This document shows positions 36,683-46,691 of a stretch of DNA of 64,000 nt, piece after piece. Source of the DNA: a virus. The notes beneath the pieces were generated by a model. The model was not told the DNA's origin. It ran no database searches and saw only the letters and a program-made list of their open reading frames with translations. Every line of letters begins with the position of its first letter. Position 1 is the stretch's first letter. Made by a program: the position numbers and the translations under genes. The stretch lies in the IMG/VR virus record IMGVR_UViG_3300017917_002765, positions 1 through 64,000 of that record; one strand, 5' to 3'.

Positions 36683-36757
36683 TTAACAAGCAAAGCCCAC
36701 CCAGTCTGCTACTAGCAAACATAAGACAAGGACTAAATTTGTTAATGACGTTTTCAT
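36683..36757 (-). CDS. Leader peptide sensing L/V/C (24 aa, not in ORF track)
   Basis: MKTSLTNLVLVLCLLVADWVGFAC; GGGTGGGCTTT pairs with AAAGCCTATCC. Confidence 0.85.
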   Translation of the reverse strand: MKTSLTNLVLVLCLLVADWVGFAC

Positions 36758-36786
36758 TGTTTTTTGTCGTTTTTAATAAATATACA

Positions 36787-36817
36787 CAAAGGTACAAAAA
36801 GTTTTTCAATTTGTCAA
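36787..36817 (-). promoter_or_regulatory. Promoter TTGACA-N17-TACCTTTG
   Basis: Same architecture as the other leader promoters. Confidence 0.75.
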
Positions 36818-36857
36818 GTTTTTTAAAAGAAAAAATGTATTTATAGATAAAAAGTGT

Positions 36858-37601
36858 ATGAAAATACTTGAAACCTATAATACCATTTTAAAAGAAGCTG
36901 AAATAGAAGCTTGTGTTAAAAAGTTTGGTTATGAGCTTTTTGGTGATGAATTAGGCGGCAAGGAAAAAAATACTGGAATTGAAAATAAGTATCTTGATGA
37001 CATACGAGATTTTACTGATAATAAATATGGTCAAGAAATAGACCCAGATTTTGTAAAAGCTATCAAAACATTAAAATCTTGCGCTCAACAATATCCAGAA
37101 ATTCTTATTCCAGACAAAACAAAAGTATATCGTGGTTTAACAATACCAATTAAAACATTTGTTGAAAAAAAGACATTCATAGATTTGAATAAACCCTTTC
37201 CTTACACATACACAGCCAAAAGTAAAATTCAAAGTTGGTCTACAAACTTTGATGCCGCTTCAATTTTTGGTAACCATGATATGCTAAATGAATATGCAGC
37301 TACTTTAAACATAGCTGATTATCAAACACCAGAAGCTAGAAAAAAATTATTGGGGGATGTAATTGATAATAATTTAAGAGCAGCTTTTGTTCTTGAGTAC
37401 CAAACCAATTCAAGCGAATTTATCTTTAAAGCTAATTACTTTAGAATTCTATCAAGAGCTTATCATGAAGACGAAGTTATTAGGTTGACAAACAAACCTA
37501 TTAATGTTTTGGCCAAATTTAATGACCATACAGATGTATTTTTAACTTACAAAAGCATTCAGCTTATACGTATTATTAATAAAGCAATATCTGAGCTTTA
37601 A
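36858..37601 (+). CDS. Putative ADP-ribosyltransferase-fold protein
   Basis: R-S-E-like motifs VYRG, SWST, EDEV. Confidence 0.55.
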   Translation: MKILETYNTILKEAEIEACVKKFGYELFGDELGGKEKNTGIENKYLDDIRDFTDNKYGQEIDPDFVKAIKTLKSCAQQYPEILIPDKTKVYRGLTIPIKTFVEKKTFIDLNKPFPYTYTAKSKIQSWSTNFDAASIFGNHDMLNEYAATLNIADYQTPEARKKLLGDVIDNNLRAAFVLEYQTNSSEFIFKANYFRILSRAYHEDEVIRLTNKPINVLAKFNDHTDVFLTYKSIQLIRIINKAISEL

Positions 37602-37638
37602 ACTTTACTTATCTAAACCCTTAGAATAATTTGTTACT

Positions 37639-37965
37639 ATGGGATACGTATACCTTTTACTAGAAGTAGACAAAGATGGGAATGAACGCCATAAAATTGG
37701 TTTCTCTAAAAACCATCCAGATAAAAGAGTAAAACAGTTAGCTACTGGTAACTCTAATGTTATTAGTGTCTTGAACTACTATGAAACCAAAAACTACAGG
37801 AAAATAGAAAAATGGTTACATAGTGATTTTAGACAACAAAAAACAGAATCAGACAATGAATGGTTTACACTTACAAATGACCAAGTTTTTGGTTTCTTAG
37901 ATAGGTGCAAATGGATAGACGAAACAGTTACAATGCTTTTGGAACAGAACCCTTTTTATAAATGA
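37639..37965 (+). CDS. GIY-YIG / T5orf172-like protein
   Basis: GYVYL..HKIG.S..P..R..QL.TGN..IE..LH..EWF. Confidence 0.85.
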   Translation: MGYVYLLLEVDKDGNERHKIGFSKNHPDKRVKQLATGNSNVISVLNYYETKNYRKIEKWLHSDFRQQKTESDNEWFTLTNDQVFGFLDRCKWIDETVTMLLEQNPFYK

Positions 37966-37967
37966 GT

Positions 37968-38486
37968 TTAATTAAACAATTCCTTATATAGTTTCAAAAA
38001 CTCTTTCTTAGCCTTATTGGGGTTCCAACATTCAAATTCTTTGTTGTCATTAACCGCCAAATTTTCCCATTCAATCAATAGCATTTTTCTATCAATCCTT
38101 TTAACATTGGTATTCAACGGCCATTCCAAATCATACTTTTCAAAGATAACTGTCATCAGCTTATTTTCATAAGCCTTGTATTCACCCATTCTGGCTTTGA
38201 TTGGTGTCGGCATGTCTAAAAGATATGCTTCACTTGCGTCATGTAACAAAGCCTTCTTTTTGTCTTTCTTTGACTTCGCTAGTCTAGCACATAATACACT
38301 GTGTTGCGCAACAGAGTAATGGCGATTTAGATGACCACCAAATCTAGGCAGTCTTGACAGAGCATGTGCGATGTCTTCAATTTTAATCGTGTCTGGGTTT
38401 GTATCAAATACGTTTACAAATGCTCCAGAGCTTGTTCTAATGCTACCTTCTGGAGCACCATCAATATTAGTATTATTTTTTTTCAT
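37968..38486 (-). CDS. HD-domain nucleotidase (YfbR/YfdR-like)
   Basis: DIAHALS..RFGGH..YSVAQHS..LLHDASEAY. Confidence 0.88.
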   Translation of the reverse strand: MKKNNTNIDGAPEGSIRTSSGAFVNVFDTNPDTIKIEDIAHALSRLPRFGGHLNRHYSVAQHSVLCARLAKSKKDKKKALLHDASEAYLLDMPTPIKARMGEYKAYENKLMTVIFEKYDLEWPLNTNVKRIDRKMLLIEWENLAVNDNKEFECWNPNKAKKEFLKLYKELFN

Positions 38487-38607
38487 TTTATCTGTTTTAT
38501 CTTTTTAAATAAACTTCAAAATCACTGTATATGTGTTTTTAAGTGCTCTACCTCCCATTATTATGTTATTTAAACAAAGGTACGTAAAAGAAATCTAATT
38601 TCCAAAT

Positions 38608-39660
38608 TTAAACGTTTAAATTTGCTTTTTCAATGATTTCACTGGCAGAATACTTACCTTTTAAAGAGTCAGCGAAGTAAATTTTATCAATAGTCATACC
38701 TTTTGTTAATTTAGCAAGTTCTTCATCGCCAAGGATAGATAGTCTTGTCTCATAAGAAGGTGGTGTTATTTCCCTAACAAATTTAAACCTAGATGAGCGT
38801 AATTTAATTGAATCGTCAATCTTGTTTATATCATTAGCTGTCATGATAAATACAACTTGTTTGTAATCATTGTAAATGCCATCTAATGCATTTATTACAG
38901 CATCAAATGTAAACTTTACGTTTTCATTTTTTAAAATGCACTCTCTCTTGTTAAAATAGTTATCAAAATCTTCAAATAAAACGATACATTTTTCTGGTAT
39001 TGAACTGAACATCAATAATATGTCTAGGTTGCTAAAATCAGGGCTAAAATAAATGGTATAAATAGGTAACGAAAACTTTTGAGATAAATACTTTACAAGC
39101 CTTGTCTTGCCTGTACCTGGTTTACCATACAATAAACAACCAGTCTTTGATTTCTTATGCGATAACATATCTTGTATATCAGCTTCAATGTCTTCATACA
39201 AATGTTTATCAATAGTTATATTAGGTTCAGCGACAACTATCTCACCTAATTTATCAGAACCATAAGGCTGTAGCAACATGACATTGATGCTATCATTCAC
39301 TTTTGAAGCCTCTATGATATAGTCTTTTACCTTCTGTTTTTGCCATCTAAAAAAATAAATTTCAGATACTATATCTTTGCTTTGCCATCCAGCATTTAAA
39401 AGTCTTTCGTTTCTTTTAAAAAAAATAAAACACCCATCCAAAACGCAAAACACTTCATAAATTGAGGGGTACTTCTTGTTTAGTGAGATTTCGTTATTCA
39501 ATTCAAACTTTAATTTTGATTCTTCTCTAATTTTTTCAATTAGTATTTTGCTTAAGTTATCATCTAACCTACAACTTTGAGAAATTATAAACTTAAAGAA
39601 AGCCCAAATAGAAAAAAGCGTAGATGCTACTACACCAATAATAGATAGAAATGTTGTCAT
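38608..39660 (-). CDS. Membrane-anchored BCS1-like AAA ATPase
   Basis: N-terminal TM, GKPGTGKT, FEDFD, INALDG. Confidence 0.85.
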   Translation of the reverse strand: MTTFLSIIGVVASTLFSIWAFFKFIISQSCRLDDNLSKILIEKIREESKLKFELNNEISLNKKYPSIYEVFCVLDGCFIFFKRNERLLNAGWQSKDIVSEIYFFRWQKQKVKDYIIEASKVNDSINVMLLQPYGSDKLGEIVVAEPNITIDKHLYEDIEADIQDMLSHKKSKTGCLLYGKPGTGKTRLVKYLSQKFSLPIYTIYFSPDFSNLDILLMFSSIPEKCIVLFEDFDNYFNKRECILKNENVKFTFDAVINALDGIYNDYKQVVFIMTANDINKIDDSIKLRSSRFKFVREITPPSYETRLSILGDEELAKLTKGMTIDKIYFADSLKGKYSASEIIEKANLNV

Positions 39661-40175
39661 ATAAATCCTTTTTTTACTAATCTGTGTATGTATTGAGAAT
39701 GGAACAAATTCTTATCATTCGCATAACCAATTGTTAAATGCAGTCCCCAGAATGGCTTTCCTAAACCCAATTCAGCTCTTATACCGTGTAGTTCGTGACG
39801 GCTTTCCTCAGCAACCCTTAACCACCAGTGTTTATCATCTGTTTTAGGTGTCAATTCTACGGTTATTGGAACCGTTTGATTATCCCACTTAGCCTTTACC
39901 TTATTCCACATGTCATCAACTTCTTTTACAGATTTTTTACCGTTTTGAGTCAAGTCTCTAAGACTATCGTTGATGAATGAAATGTGACCACCACGCAATG
40001 GTTTATTAAGTTCAAGATTGAATCTCTTTTTAATAAACCAAGCGTAATAATCGGTTATATCCCCATTAAAATTAATCATGGCGATTCTTTTCCACGAGGC
40101 TTGATTACGGTGCTTTTTGGTTCTATCTTCTGGTTCAAACTTAATCTTACCACAAATAGTTACTTTGTCTTGCAT
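39657..40175 (-). CDS. 2H phosphoesterase-like protein
   Basis: HISF and HLTI motifs. Confidence 0.6.
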   Translation of the reverse strand: MQDKVTICGKIKFEPEDRTKKHRNQASWKRIAMINFNGDITDYYAWFIKKRFNLELNKPLRGGHISFINDSLRDLTQNGKKSVKEVDDMWNKVKAKWDNQTVPITVELTPKTDDKHWWLRVAEESRHELHGIRAELGLGKPFWGLHLTIGYANDKNLFHSQYIHRLVKKGFI

Positions 40176-40900
40176 TACGCTAATCTAAATGGTTTTAAGT
40201 ATTCTCTTAAAAAAGCATTTTTTTCTCCACCTATCTTATCTAACCAATGTTTATAATTTTGAGAATTTCTATTTTCCAATTCTTCCAATTGTTTTTCACT
40301 TGGTTTTCTTCTGCTATAAGGAAGTGTTTCTGGTACGAAATCTGGATAAATAGTTTTGTTGAAAACTCTCTCATCAACCAAAAACACAAATGCAGTCAAT
40401 TGATTACCCAAATCTGGTTCATAAAAAGTAGCAACTAATATGCCAGCATCGTAAAAAGATTTTAGATGTTTATTTAGCGTACCAGCACAAGTTTCAGAGT
40501 TGTTTGTGGTACCACCATTAAGGATAATAAATGTTTTGTCTTTTTGCGCCCACTTATCATATATTTTTTCTATTGAACCAGCACCCTTAACATTTTGTCC
40601 AAACTCAACAACAGCATGTCCAAATTGAATACCAGCGTGTATTGTACCACATAATTGATATGCGACTAAACCATACATACGATACTCTAAATATTTATCT
40701 GTTTTTCGTTGTAAAGAATTTGGTTTAACTTTACATTTACTTAAATGTTTAATAAACTCATCTTTAGTTATTTTTTTCTCAAAAAAATATTCTTCGGGAG
40801 TTAATTGTGAATCTGAATACCATTCACCCACATCTAAAACTCTAATATTACTATTTATACACCAATTATACGAAGTATTTATATTGTTATCATTTTCCAT
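40175..40900 (-). CDS. Peptidyl-tRNA hydrolase PTH2-like phage protein
   Basis: GIQFGHAVVE, W...KTFIILNGG, FYEPDLGNQLTA. Confidence 0.65.
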   Translation of the reverse strand: MENDNNINTSYNWCINSNIRVLDVGEWYSDSQLTPEEYFFEKKITKDEFIKHLSKCKVKPNSLQRKTDKYLEYRMYGLVAYQLCGTIHAGIQFGHAVVEFGQNVKGAGSIEKIYDKWAQKDKTFIILNGGTTNNSETCAGTLNKHLKSFYDAGILVATFYEPDLGNQLTAFVFLVDERVFNKTIYPDFVPETLPYSRRKPSEKQLEELENRNSQNYKHWLDKIGGEKNAFLREYLKPFRLA

Positions 40901-41640
40901 CCTATTGTATTTTTTGCGTTTATTCTTTTACCAATTATTTCTTTATAAGTTATAAAAACATTTTGATTGTTTTTTAATACATGGTATTGTAATTTATTAA
41001 TCTTACAAAATTCTTGTAATTTTTTAGCACCTAATATTTTATATTCATCTTTGTTAGGTGAGATTAATAAATAAGTTTTAACATCAGACCTAATTACTGA
41101 ATTGTTTGAACCTTTTCTTTTTTTACCATTTTCAATTATTTTTTTACGACCCTCATCTGTTAACTTTATTAAACCATTTTTATGTAAATTTTTAACAGAT
41201 TCTTTTTGTTTTAAACTTGTTGTTTTTCCATACATTGGGTTCTTTTCACCTTTTTTAGCTTCGCTTAATTTTTTTCTTGATTGTTCGGTTCTTTTATAAC
41301 CCACTTCACCTCCTTCAGTCATATTACACAACGTACCAGTTTCAATGTCAATTCTACCAATTAAATCGATTAATATTTTTTCATAAACTAAAGATTCATT
41401 TTCTGTTATTGATTCGATTAGTTTATATCTAATAGGTTCAAAACCATCGTTTAAAATTTTTCTTAATTTATTATAAAATAAACTATTTTTATTAACATTA
41501 ATTAAATGATGATTTATCCTATTTCTAGTTCCTTTACCAATGTACATTGGTTCATAATTAAACTTATATTTACCATACACGTATTCACCCTTTTTTCTTG
41601 GGTCTAAATAAACATAAACATAATATTTTTTTTCGTCCAT
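40879..41640 (-). CDS. GIY-YIG homing endonuclease with NUMOD3
   Basis: YYVYVYLDP..YIGKG..R, LCNMTEGGE, NPMYGK. Confidence 0.88.
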   Translation of the reverse strand: MDEKKYYVYVYLDPRKKGEYVYGKYKFNYEPMYIGKGTRNRINHHLINVNKNSLFYNKLRKILNDGFEPIRYKLIESITENESLVYEKILIDLIGRIDIETGTLCNMTEGGEVGYKRTEQSRKKLSEAKKGEKNPMYGKTTSLKQKESVKNLHKNGLIKLTDEGRKKIIENGKKRKGSNNSVIRSDVKTYLLISPNKDEYKILGAKKLQEFCKINKLQYHVLKNNQNVFITYKEIIGKRINAKNTIGWKMITI

Positions 41641-41681
41641 AATATTCTTTTATTATAAATATCATGGTTTTGGTAAAAAGT

Positions 41682-41954
41682 TTAAATAATACAAAAAAAT
41701 TGTTGAATAGGGCTTAAGTTATAAGGTACTAAACCATACATTCGATATTCTAAATACATTTCAGTTTTACGTGGTTGTGAGTTTGGTTTTACTTTGCATT
41801 TGCTCAACGCTTCCAAAAATTCATTTTTTGGCATTCTTGGGAATTCAAAAAAGTGCTTTTCCTTTGAGCCAAACCATTCCAATGGCCATTCATTGAGGAC
41901 AAGTATTCTTACGTTAGCTTCCGAGCACCATTCATAAGGTGTTTTTAAAATCAT
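41682..41954 (-). pseudogene. Orphaned N-terminal half of the PTH2-like gene
   Basis: LSKCKVKPNS..RKT..YLEYRMYGLV is shared with 40175..40900; the ORF breaks off after SPIQQ. Confidence 0.8.
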
Positions 41955-42027
41955 ACTATTTTATTTTAGTAACACAAAAATACTAAATAAAATTGAAACT
42001 AACAAATAAAAGTTTAAATATCTAAAC

Positions 42028-42483
42028 TTAATGGGTATTGTCAATGTGTTTCTTTAGCCAAGTTCTATATTTGCTCCTTAATCTATCTTTAAACAAAAAC
42101 CATTTCAAATCTATACTCCACCACAATTTAGTGAAAAAAGTTGGTATATCAAACCCATCCTCATCATACTCATACTCAACACAAGGATATGGTCGACCAC
42201 GTTCATCTATATAAATCCAATAACCTTCTTATTTGGTAATAGGGTCCATATATTCATCACCTTCAAATTCTACCCATCGCCAATCTTTGCCTTCAACGCC
42301 TTCTGGCATATCAGTAGGTAAATGTTCTTGTGGTTTGGCATAGTTCCAATTACACGAACACCCTATTTTGTTTTCTACGGAAATTACACAATCATCGCAT
42401 GAAAATGGGTTTGAATCTTTAGCGTAACCAGATAAGTAATACCATACAGCCATTTTACCGCAATCACATTTATACTTTGCCAT
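42028..42483 (-). pseudogene. Cys-rich hypothetical protein with an in-frame TAA at 42229-42231
   Basis: The frame continues past the stop as EGYWIYIDERGRPYPCVEY... to 42028. Confidence 0.6.
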
Positions 42484-42931
42484 TTTTTTGTTTTTCAGTT
42501 TGTAATTCTTCAAAGCTTAAAAGACCTTTTCCATATTTTTCCATTCTATCGGTATATCTATTTTTAACTCTTTGAGAAATAGGAATTGGGTTCCCTTCTT
42601 CGTCTATGTGCACAAATTTAATATTTGTATGCACAACAACGTCTTGTTTACCAGTATAAACATTATGTTTACGAACTTCAACGTAAAGTGTTATTGACGT
42701 GTTACCGAACTCTTTCACCGTGGCATAACATTTAATAATGTTGCCAACTTTAACAGGGTTTTTAAACACCAATTCGTCAATTTTTACTGTCACCATTCTT
42801 GGTGAATCACATATCTGAGCAGCATAAGCTGCTGATGCCAAATCAATTATTGACATCATTTCACCACCAAACATATTTGAATGGACACCCAACTGATTAG
42901 CTGTGCAAATATTTGTTGTTACCAATTCCAT
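42470..42931 (-). CDS. Acyl-CoA thioesterase (hotdog fold)
   Basis: NMFGG..D, VT..D...F..PV.VG, G.TS, FV.ID..G.P. Confidence 0.88.
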   Translation of the reverse strand: MELVTTNICTANQLGVHSNMFGGEMMSIIDLASAAYAAQICDSPRMVTVKIDELVFKNPVKVGNIIKCYATVKEFGNTSITLYVEVRKHNVYTGKQDVVVHTNIKFVHIDEEGNPIPISQRVKNRYTDRMEKYGKGLLSFEELQTEKQKNGKV

Positions 42932-42932
42932 T

Positions 42933-43136
42933 TTACCACTGTCTCGTGTCGTCCTTAAATAAATTTGGATTGTTCTTTAACCAAGCCATAAAAGTTGGTT
43001 GAAGATTTGGTGGCAACGGATAGCCATTCATATAAACAACATCCATTACCACTTCAATCTCCTGACCAGCCTGTAGATTGACACCTTTCATTACTTCGGT
43101 GTCTTGTTTCAATTTGTATACTTTATTTGTCATCAT
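42933..43136 (-). CDS. Hypothetical protein
   Basis: 67 aa ORF. Confidence 0.6.
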   Translation of the reverse strand: MMTNKVYKLKQDTEVMKGVNLQAGQEIEVVMDVVYMNGYPLPPNLQPTFMAWLKNNPNLFKDDTRQW

Positions 43137-43171
43137 GATGCAATTATACTACTTGTTTTAATAAAAATCAA

Positions 43172-44221
43172 CTATGAAACAGGTAATTTGAAAAACATTT
43201 CTCTTACCTTGGTTGAAACATACTTGTTTACGTCCTTTGGTTCAAGATTATTTTTTACAAGAGTATCCGTTTCTTCCTTGATGATGTCCTCGTTAATCCA
43301 TCGCATAACTTCACCCATTTTCTTAACATCAACTGGTTCGTTATTAGGAAACACCTTTTCAATTGCTTGGTTGAAACGGCTTTCAGTTACAGCATAATCA
43401 ACAAATTCTCTAATTGAATTAATTTTTTCAACATCGACTTCAGCCAATTTCTTCACCTTACTTGAAGAGTGCTTGTCACCCTTTAGCTTGAAACGGTGAA
43501 CTACATTCTTATCAATACATGACCACACAATACCTTCACCGATACCTGAGAAACCAAACGCCTTGGCAACTGGGCATTCTTCCTCAACAGCTAGTGTCAA
43601 CTCACCCAACTTATTTTGAACCAATTCTGGACGGTTAAAATCGATATCAATGCTGTATGTAGGGAAATCATCAATATTATAAATACGGGCTTCTGGTGCT
43701 CTCAAATAAGTGTAATCAACCCAGTATGCTGATGGTTGAATTTCGGAACCTTCAATTGGGGACGGAGAAATCTTTACACCAAAGATAAAAAATGATTTTG
43801 GAAGATTGGTTATTCCAACACCCTTTTGGATATTGCCACCGCACCATTCACCGTAAATACTGATAGTGTTTTGAGTTGGGTCCACATAAGGGATTGTTTT
43901 ATCAATAACTTGTGCGAACAACTCTTGAAACACTGCTTTATTTGACTCAGCGAAAAACGCAAAACCAGCGTTGTCTTGTTCTGGTGTAATGATGTTTTCA
44001 CGTGACTGATACCACATACCGTCATTCTGATTGTAGCAAACACCAGCATTGGTCCCGTGGAGCTTTACCGTACCCTTAAAGGTAAGTGTAGGCTTTGTTC
44101 GTGTTGTGTCATAAACAGGTTCACCATTTTCAAGTAAACCAACAAAGTTGTATTGACGATTAATACCAGCAATTACGTTTCTGAATTGTTCAATACTAGG
44201 AAAAGAAATGTGTTTTTTCAT
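43172..44221 (-). CDS. RNA ligase, Rnl2 family
   Basis: Motif I KLHGTN, YGEW.G..IQKGV, GEGIV, FKLK. Confidence 0.85.
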   Translation of the reverse strand: MKKHISFPSIEQFRNVIAGINRQYNFVGLLENGEPVYDTTRTKPTLTFKGTVKLHGTNAGVCYNQNDGMWYQSRENIITPEQDNAGFAFFAESNKAVFQELFAQVIDKTIPYVDPTQNTISIYGEWCGGNIQKGVGITNLPKSFFIFGVKISPSPIEGSEIQPSAYWVDYTYLRAPEARIYNIDDFPTYSIDIDFNRPELVQNKLGELTLAVEEECPVAKAFGFSGIGEGIVWSCIDKNVVHRFKLKGDKHSSSKVKKLAEVDVEKINSIREFVDYAVTESRFNQAIEKVFPNNEPVDVKKMGEVMRWINEDIIKEETDTLVKNNLEPKDVNKYVSTKVREMFFKLPVS

Positions 44222-44231
44222 TTTTATATTT

Positions 44232-45647
44232 TTAATTAGTTGCTAATTGTTTAACCATGTCTTCGATATTCTTTATGTTATCTAAAGAATCTGCTTCTGT
44301 TTTATCATCACGAATTTCCATAAATGCTGGGTATAATAGAGAGTAATTACCATCTTTGTCTTTTGACAAACCATTACATTTAACCTTAACAATCTTACCC
44401 ATAAGTTCTGGTTGATTTTCAGTAATATAAATCATCATATCTTCTTTGATACCTTGAGGGCGAGTTTTAACCAACCCATCTGATGATTCGCAATTAAGAC
44501 TTGAAATAACATCTTCGTTTTTTGTTCCTTTGGCACCATAGTTGAAACCAACAATTTTAAGGTCCAAATCCATTTCAAGTTTCATTTTGATTTGCCAATT
44601 AGGTTTACCATCTTTCCACTCACCATCGTAAGCTTTCAATATTGTTCCTTCTTGTGGCACCCCATCAATTTCAGTGGCCAATACTTCTTGAAAGTGTTCC
44701 ATCGCTTCACCATATGTCTTAACAAACTTGGAGTTAATTAAACTAACCATTGTTGAGCTTGACAGACTAATAAGACTAGAAGCATTGTTCAAACGAATGT
44801 AATAGGGGTTCTTTGATTTTTTTTCAAAGTATTCATCAACAGTTATCATATCCCATACGGTGTAACGAACATTATTAAGCGCTGTTTTAAAACTACCGTG
44901 TTTCTTCTCAAATGTAGCGATTTTCTTTTGCGTTTCAGATTCTGTGCGCTCATTACGTTTACCTTGAATATCAATCAAAGAAGCAATGATACCGTTGCTC
45001 TCATAACGAGGAACACCATCCATGGTTAATTCACCGTTTAATACACAATCTTGAAATAAAGCTAATTCAGAAACAAATTTAGCACCAGTTAACACGGTTG
45101 GTTCTCCACTACGACTCTCAAGTTCAACTTCACCGCTACGAATAATAGCATTGCAATAACGGCCATCCATTTTTATTTGAGAAAAGCCGCCTTTCCCTTT
45201 TTTAAAGACTTCACGAGCCTTTTTCTCATCGAATGAAATCGCACCCATATATTTGGTTTCTTCGATAAGGTCTTTGAAAACCTTATTGATAAACGTAGTT
45301 CCCATTCCAATCTTGCAATCCTTTTCAATAATACGCTCAATGATGTATGCATCTTCAGAAGACACCCCACTTAAAAGCGTTATAAGCCAATTAATAGCTT
45401 CACTACCAGTGTAAGTTCTATCAGTAATAAATTTCAACCCATCTAATGCCCATTCTAAGCTTTCACCACCATTGTTGTCTGGAGTATAGTCTGGAAGTTG
45501 CTTTATAAAGAACTTTACCCTCTTTGAATCAGCCATATAAAGCACACGCTTTAACAGTTCGTTATCTTTATACTTTTTAAGGATTTCCATTTTTTGGTTT
45601 GTGCTGGAAACTCCTGCAATTTCGTCAAAAATGTTTTTTATGGTCAT
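44232..45647 (-). CDS. ATP-dependent DNA ligase
   Basis: KMDGRY, LNGEL, WD, EGTILK, KMK, C-terminal OB domain (SLLYP.F...R.DK). Confidence 0.92.
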   Translation of the reverse strand: MTIKNIFDEIAGVSSTNQKMEILKKYKDNELLKRVLYMADSKRVKFFIKQLPDYTPDNNGGESLEWALDGLKFITDRTYTGSEAINWLITLLSGVSSEDAYIIERIIEKDCKIGMGTTFINKVFKDLIEETKYMGAISFDEKKAREVFKKGKGGFSQIKMDGRYCNAIIRSGEVELESRSGEPTVLTGAKFVSELALFQDCVLNGELTMDGVPRYESNGIIASLIDIQGKRNERTESETQKKIATFEKKHGSFKTALNNVRYTVWDMITVDEYFEKKSKNPYYIRLNNASSLISLSSSTMVSLINSKFVKTYGEAMEHFQEVLATEIDGVPQEGTILKAYDGEWKDGKPNWQIKMKLEMDLDLKIVGFNYGAKGTKNEDVISSLNCESSDGLVKTRPQGIKEDMMIYITENQPELMGKIVKVKCNGLSKDKDGNYSLLYPAFMEIRDDKTEADSLDNIKNIEDMVKQLATN

Positions 45648-45734
45648 GTTTTTGTTTTGTGATTACAAATGTAAATAATTTTTTTGAAACTACAAAATTT
45701 TTATTTGATATAAATAATAAACTACCTAAGAATC

Positions 45735-46691
45735 TTATAGCATTTTGTATAACGTTTTGTCGTCATAATTAAAGATGAAGTCTTGAACCGAAGCAATCTT
45801 ACCATCATTTAAACCGAAGTATAAACCAGTAAAATTCTTAACACCATACTTACCACACACATTAAATACAGCCTCAGCAAATCTCTTCTTCTCTTGTGGT
45901 GTGATGTTCTTTGGGCGTTTATCTTGTAACTCAACCCAAACATTATTCAACTTATCAACCAACACGTCATAGTTAACCTTTAACTTATACAACTCATCCT
46001 TACGGTCTGGGAATGTAGCAGCAAATTCTTCTATTTCGTTGGTTTTAACGATAGCTATGATGTTGTGTTCAGCTGTCTTTCCTTTCAAGTGGTGAACCGC
46101 AACATAAGCTGGGTTCTTTATCTTTACTCGGTTATGGTTAGCATCAACCACAACATAACCTTCATCGTGCCAAACCATGTTCTCAAACGTCTTCAATAGC
46201 GCACCAACGTTCTTGATGTTCAAGTCATATGCCTTAACTCGTGGAACACCCAAAGACTCAGCTATCGCTGTTAATTCGTCAAATGACACTTCTTCAAGTG
46301 TTTCAAGGTTACGAACTGTCAACAAAGACGCTGATGATTCACCGTGTGGTTTAACAACGATGTTATATGGGGTAGTCAATTCAAATACGTAAGTATAACC
46401 TTTAGTAAACTTAGATGCATCTAAACCATACTTATCCTTAACAGTTGTCCAGAATAGTTGGTTGAAGGTTGTACCCAACTTGTTGTTTACTTCACCTTCA
46501 CCTTCGGCAGTACCAGTGGTACCAGCATACCAAACGTTTTTATTCCAGTCGAAATAAACTTGTATACAAGAATTATGCACCAATATGTTATTAGCAAAAA
46601 AATTATTATGTGTTTTTGTTTGTATATCGTATCGTTTTGAATTGGAGTCAATCTTTTTAATTGATTTTATTTTAACCAGCTTATTTTCCAT
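45735..46691 (-). CDS. Split intein C-part (aa 1-40) fused to the C-terminal part of a Rnl1-type RNA ligase
   Basis: YDIQT..HNNFFANNILVHN|S; then FEL.TP.N.VV, EGYVV, RVKIKNP.Y. Confidence 0.9.
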   Translation of the reverse strand: MENKLVKIKSIKKIDSNSKRYDIQTKTHNNFFANNILVHNSCIQVYFDWNKNVWYAGTTGTAEGEGEVNNKLGTTFNQLFWTTVKDKYGLDASKFTKGYTYVFELTTPYNIVVKPHGESSASLLTVRNLETLEEVSFDELTAIAESLGVPRVKAYDLNIKNVGALLKTFENMVWHDEGYVVVDANHNRVKIKNPAYVAVHHLKGKTAEHNIIAIVKTNEIEEFAATFPDRKDELYKLKVNYDVLVDKLNNVWVELQDKRPKNITPQEKKRFAEAVFNVCGKYGVKNFTGLYFGLNDGKIASVQDFIFNYDDKTLYKML

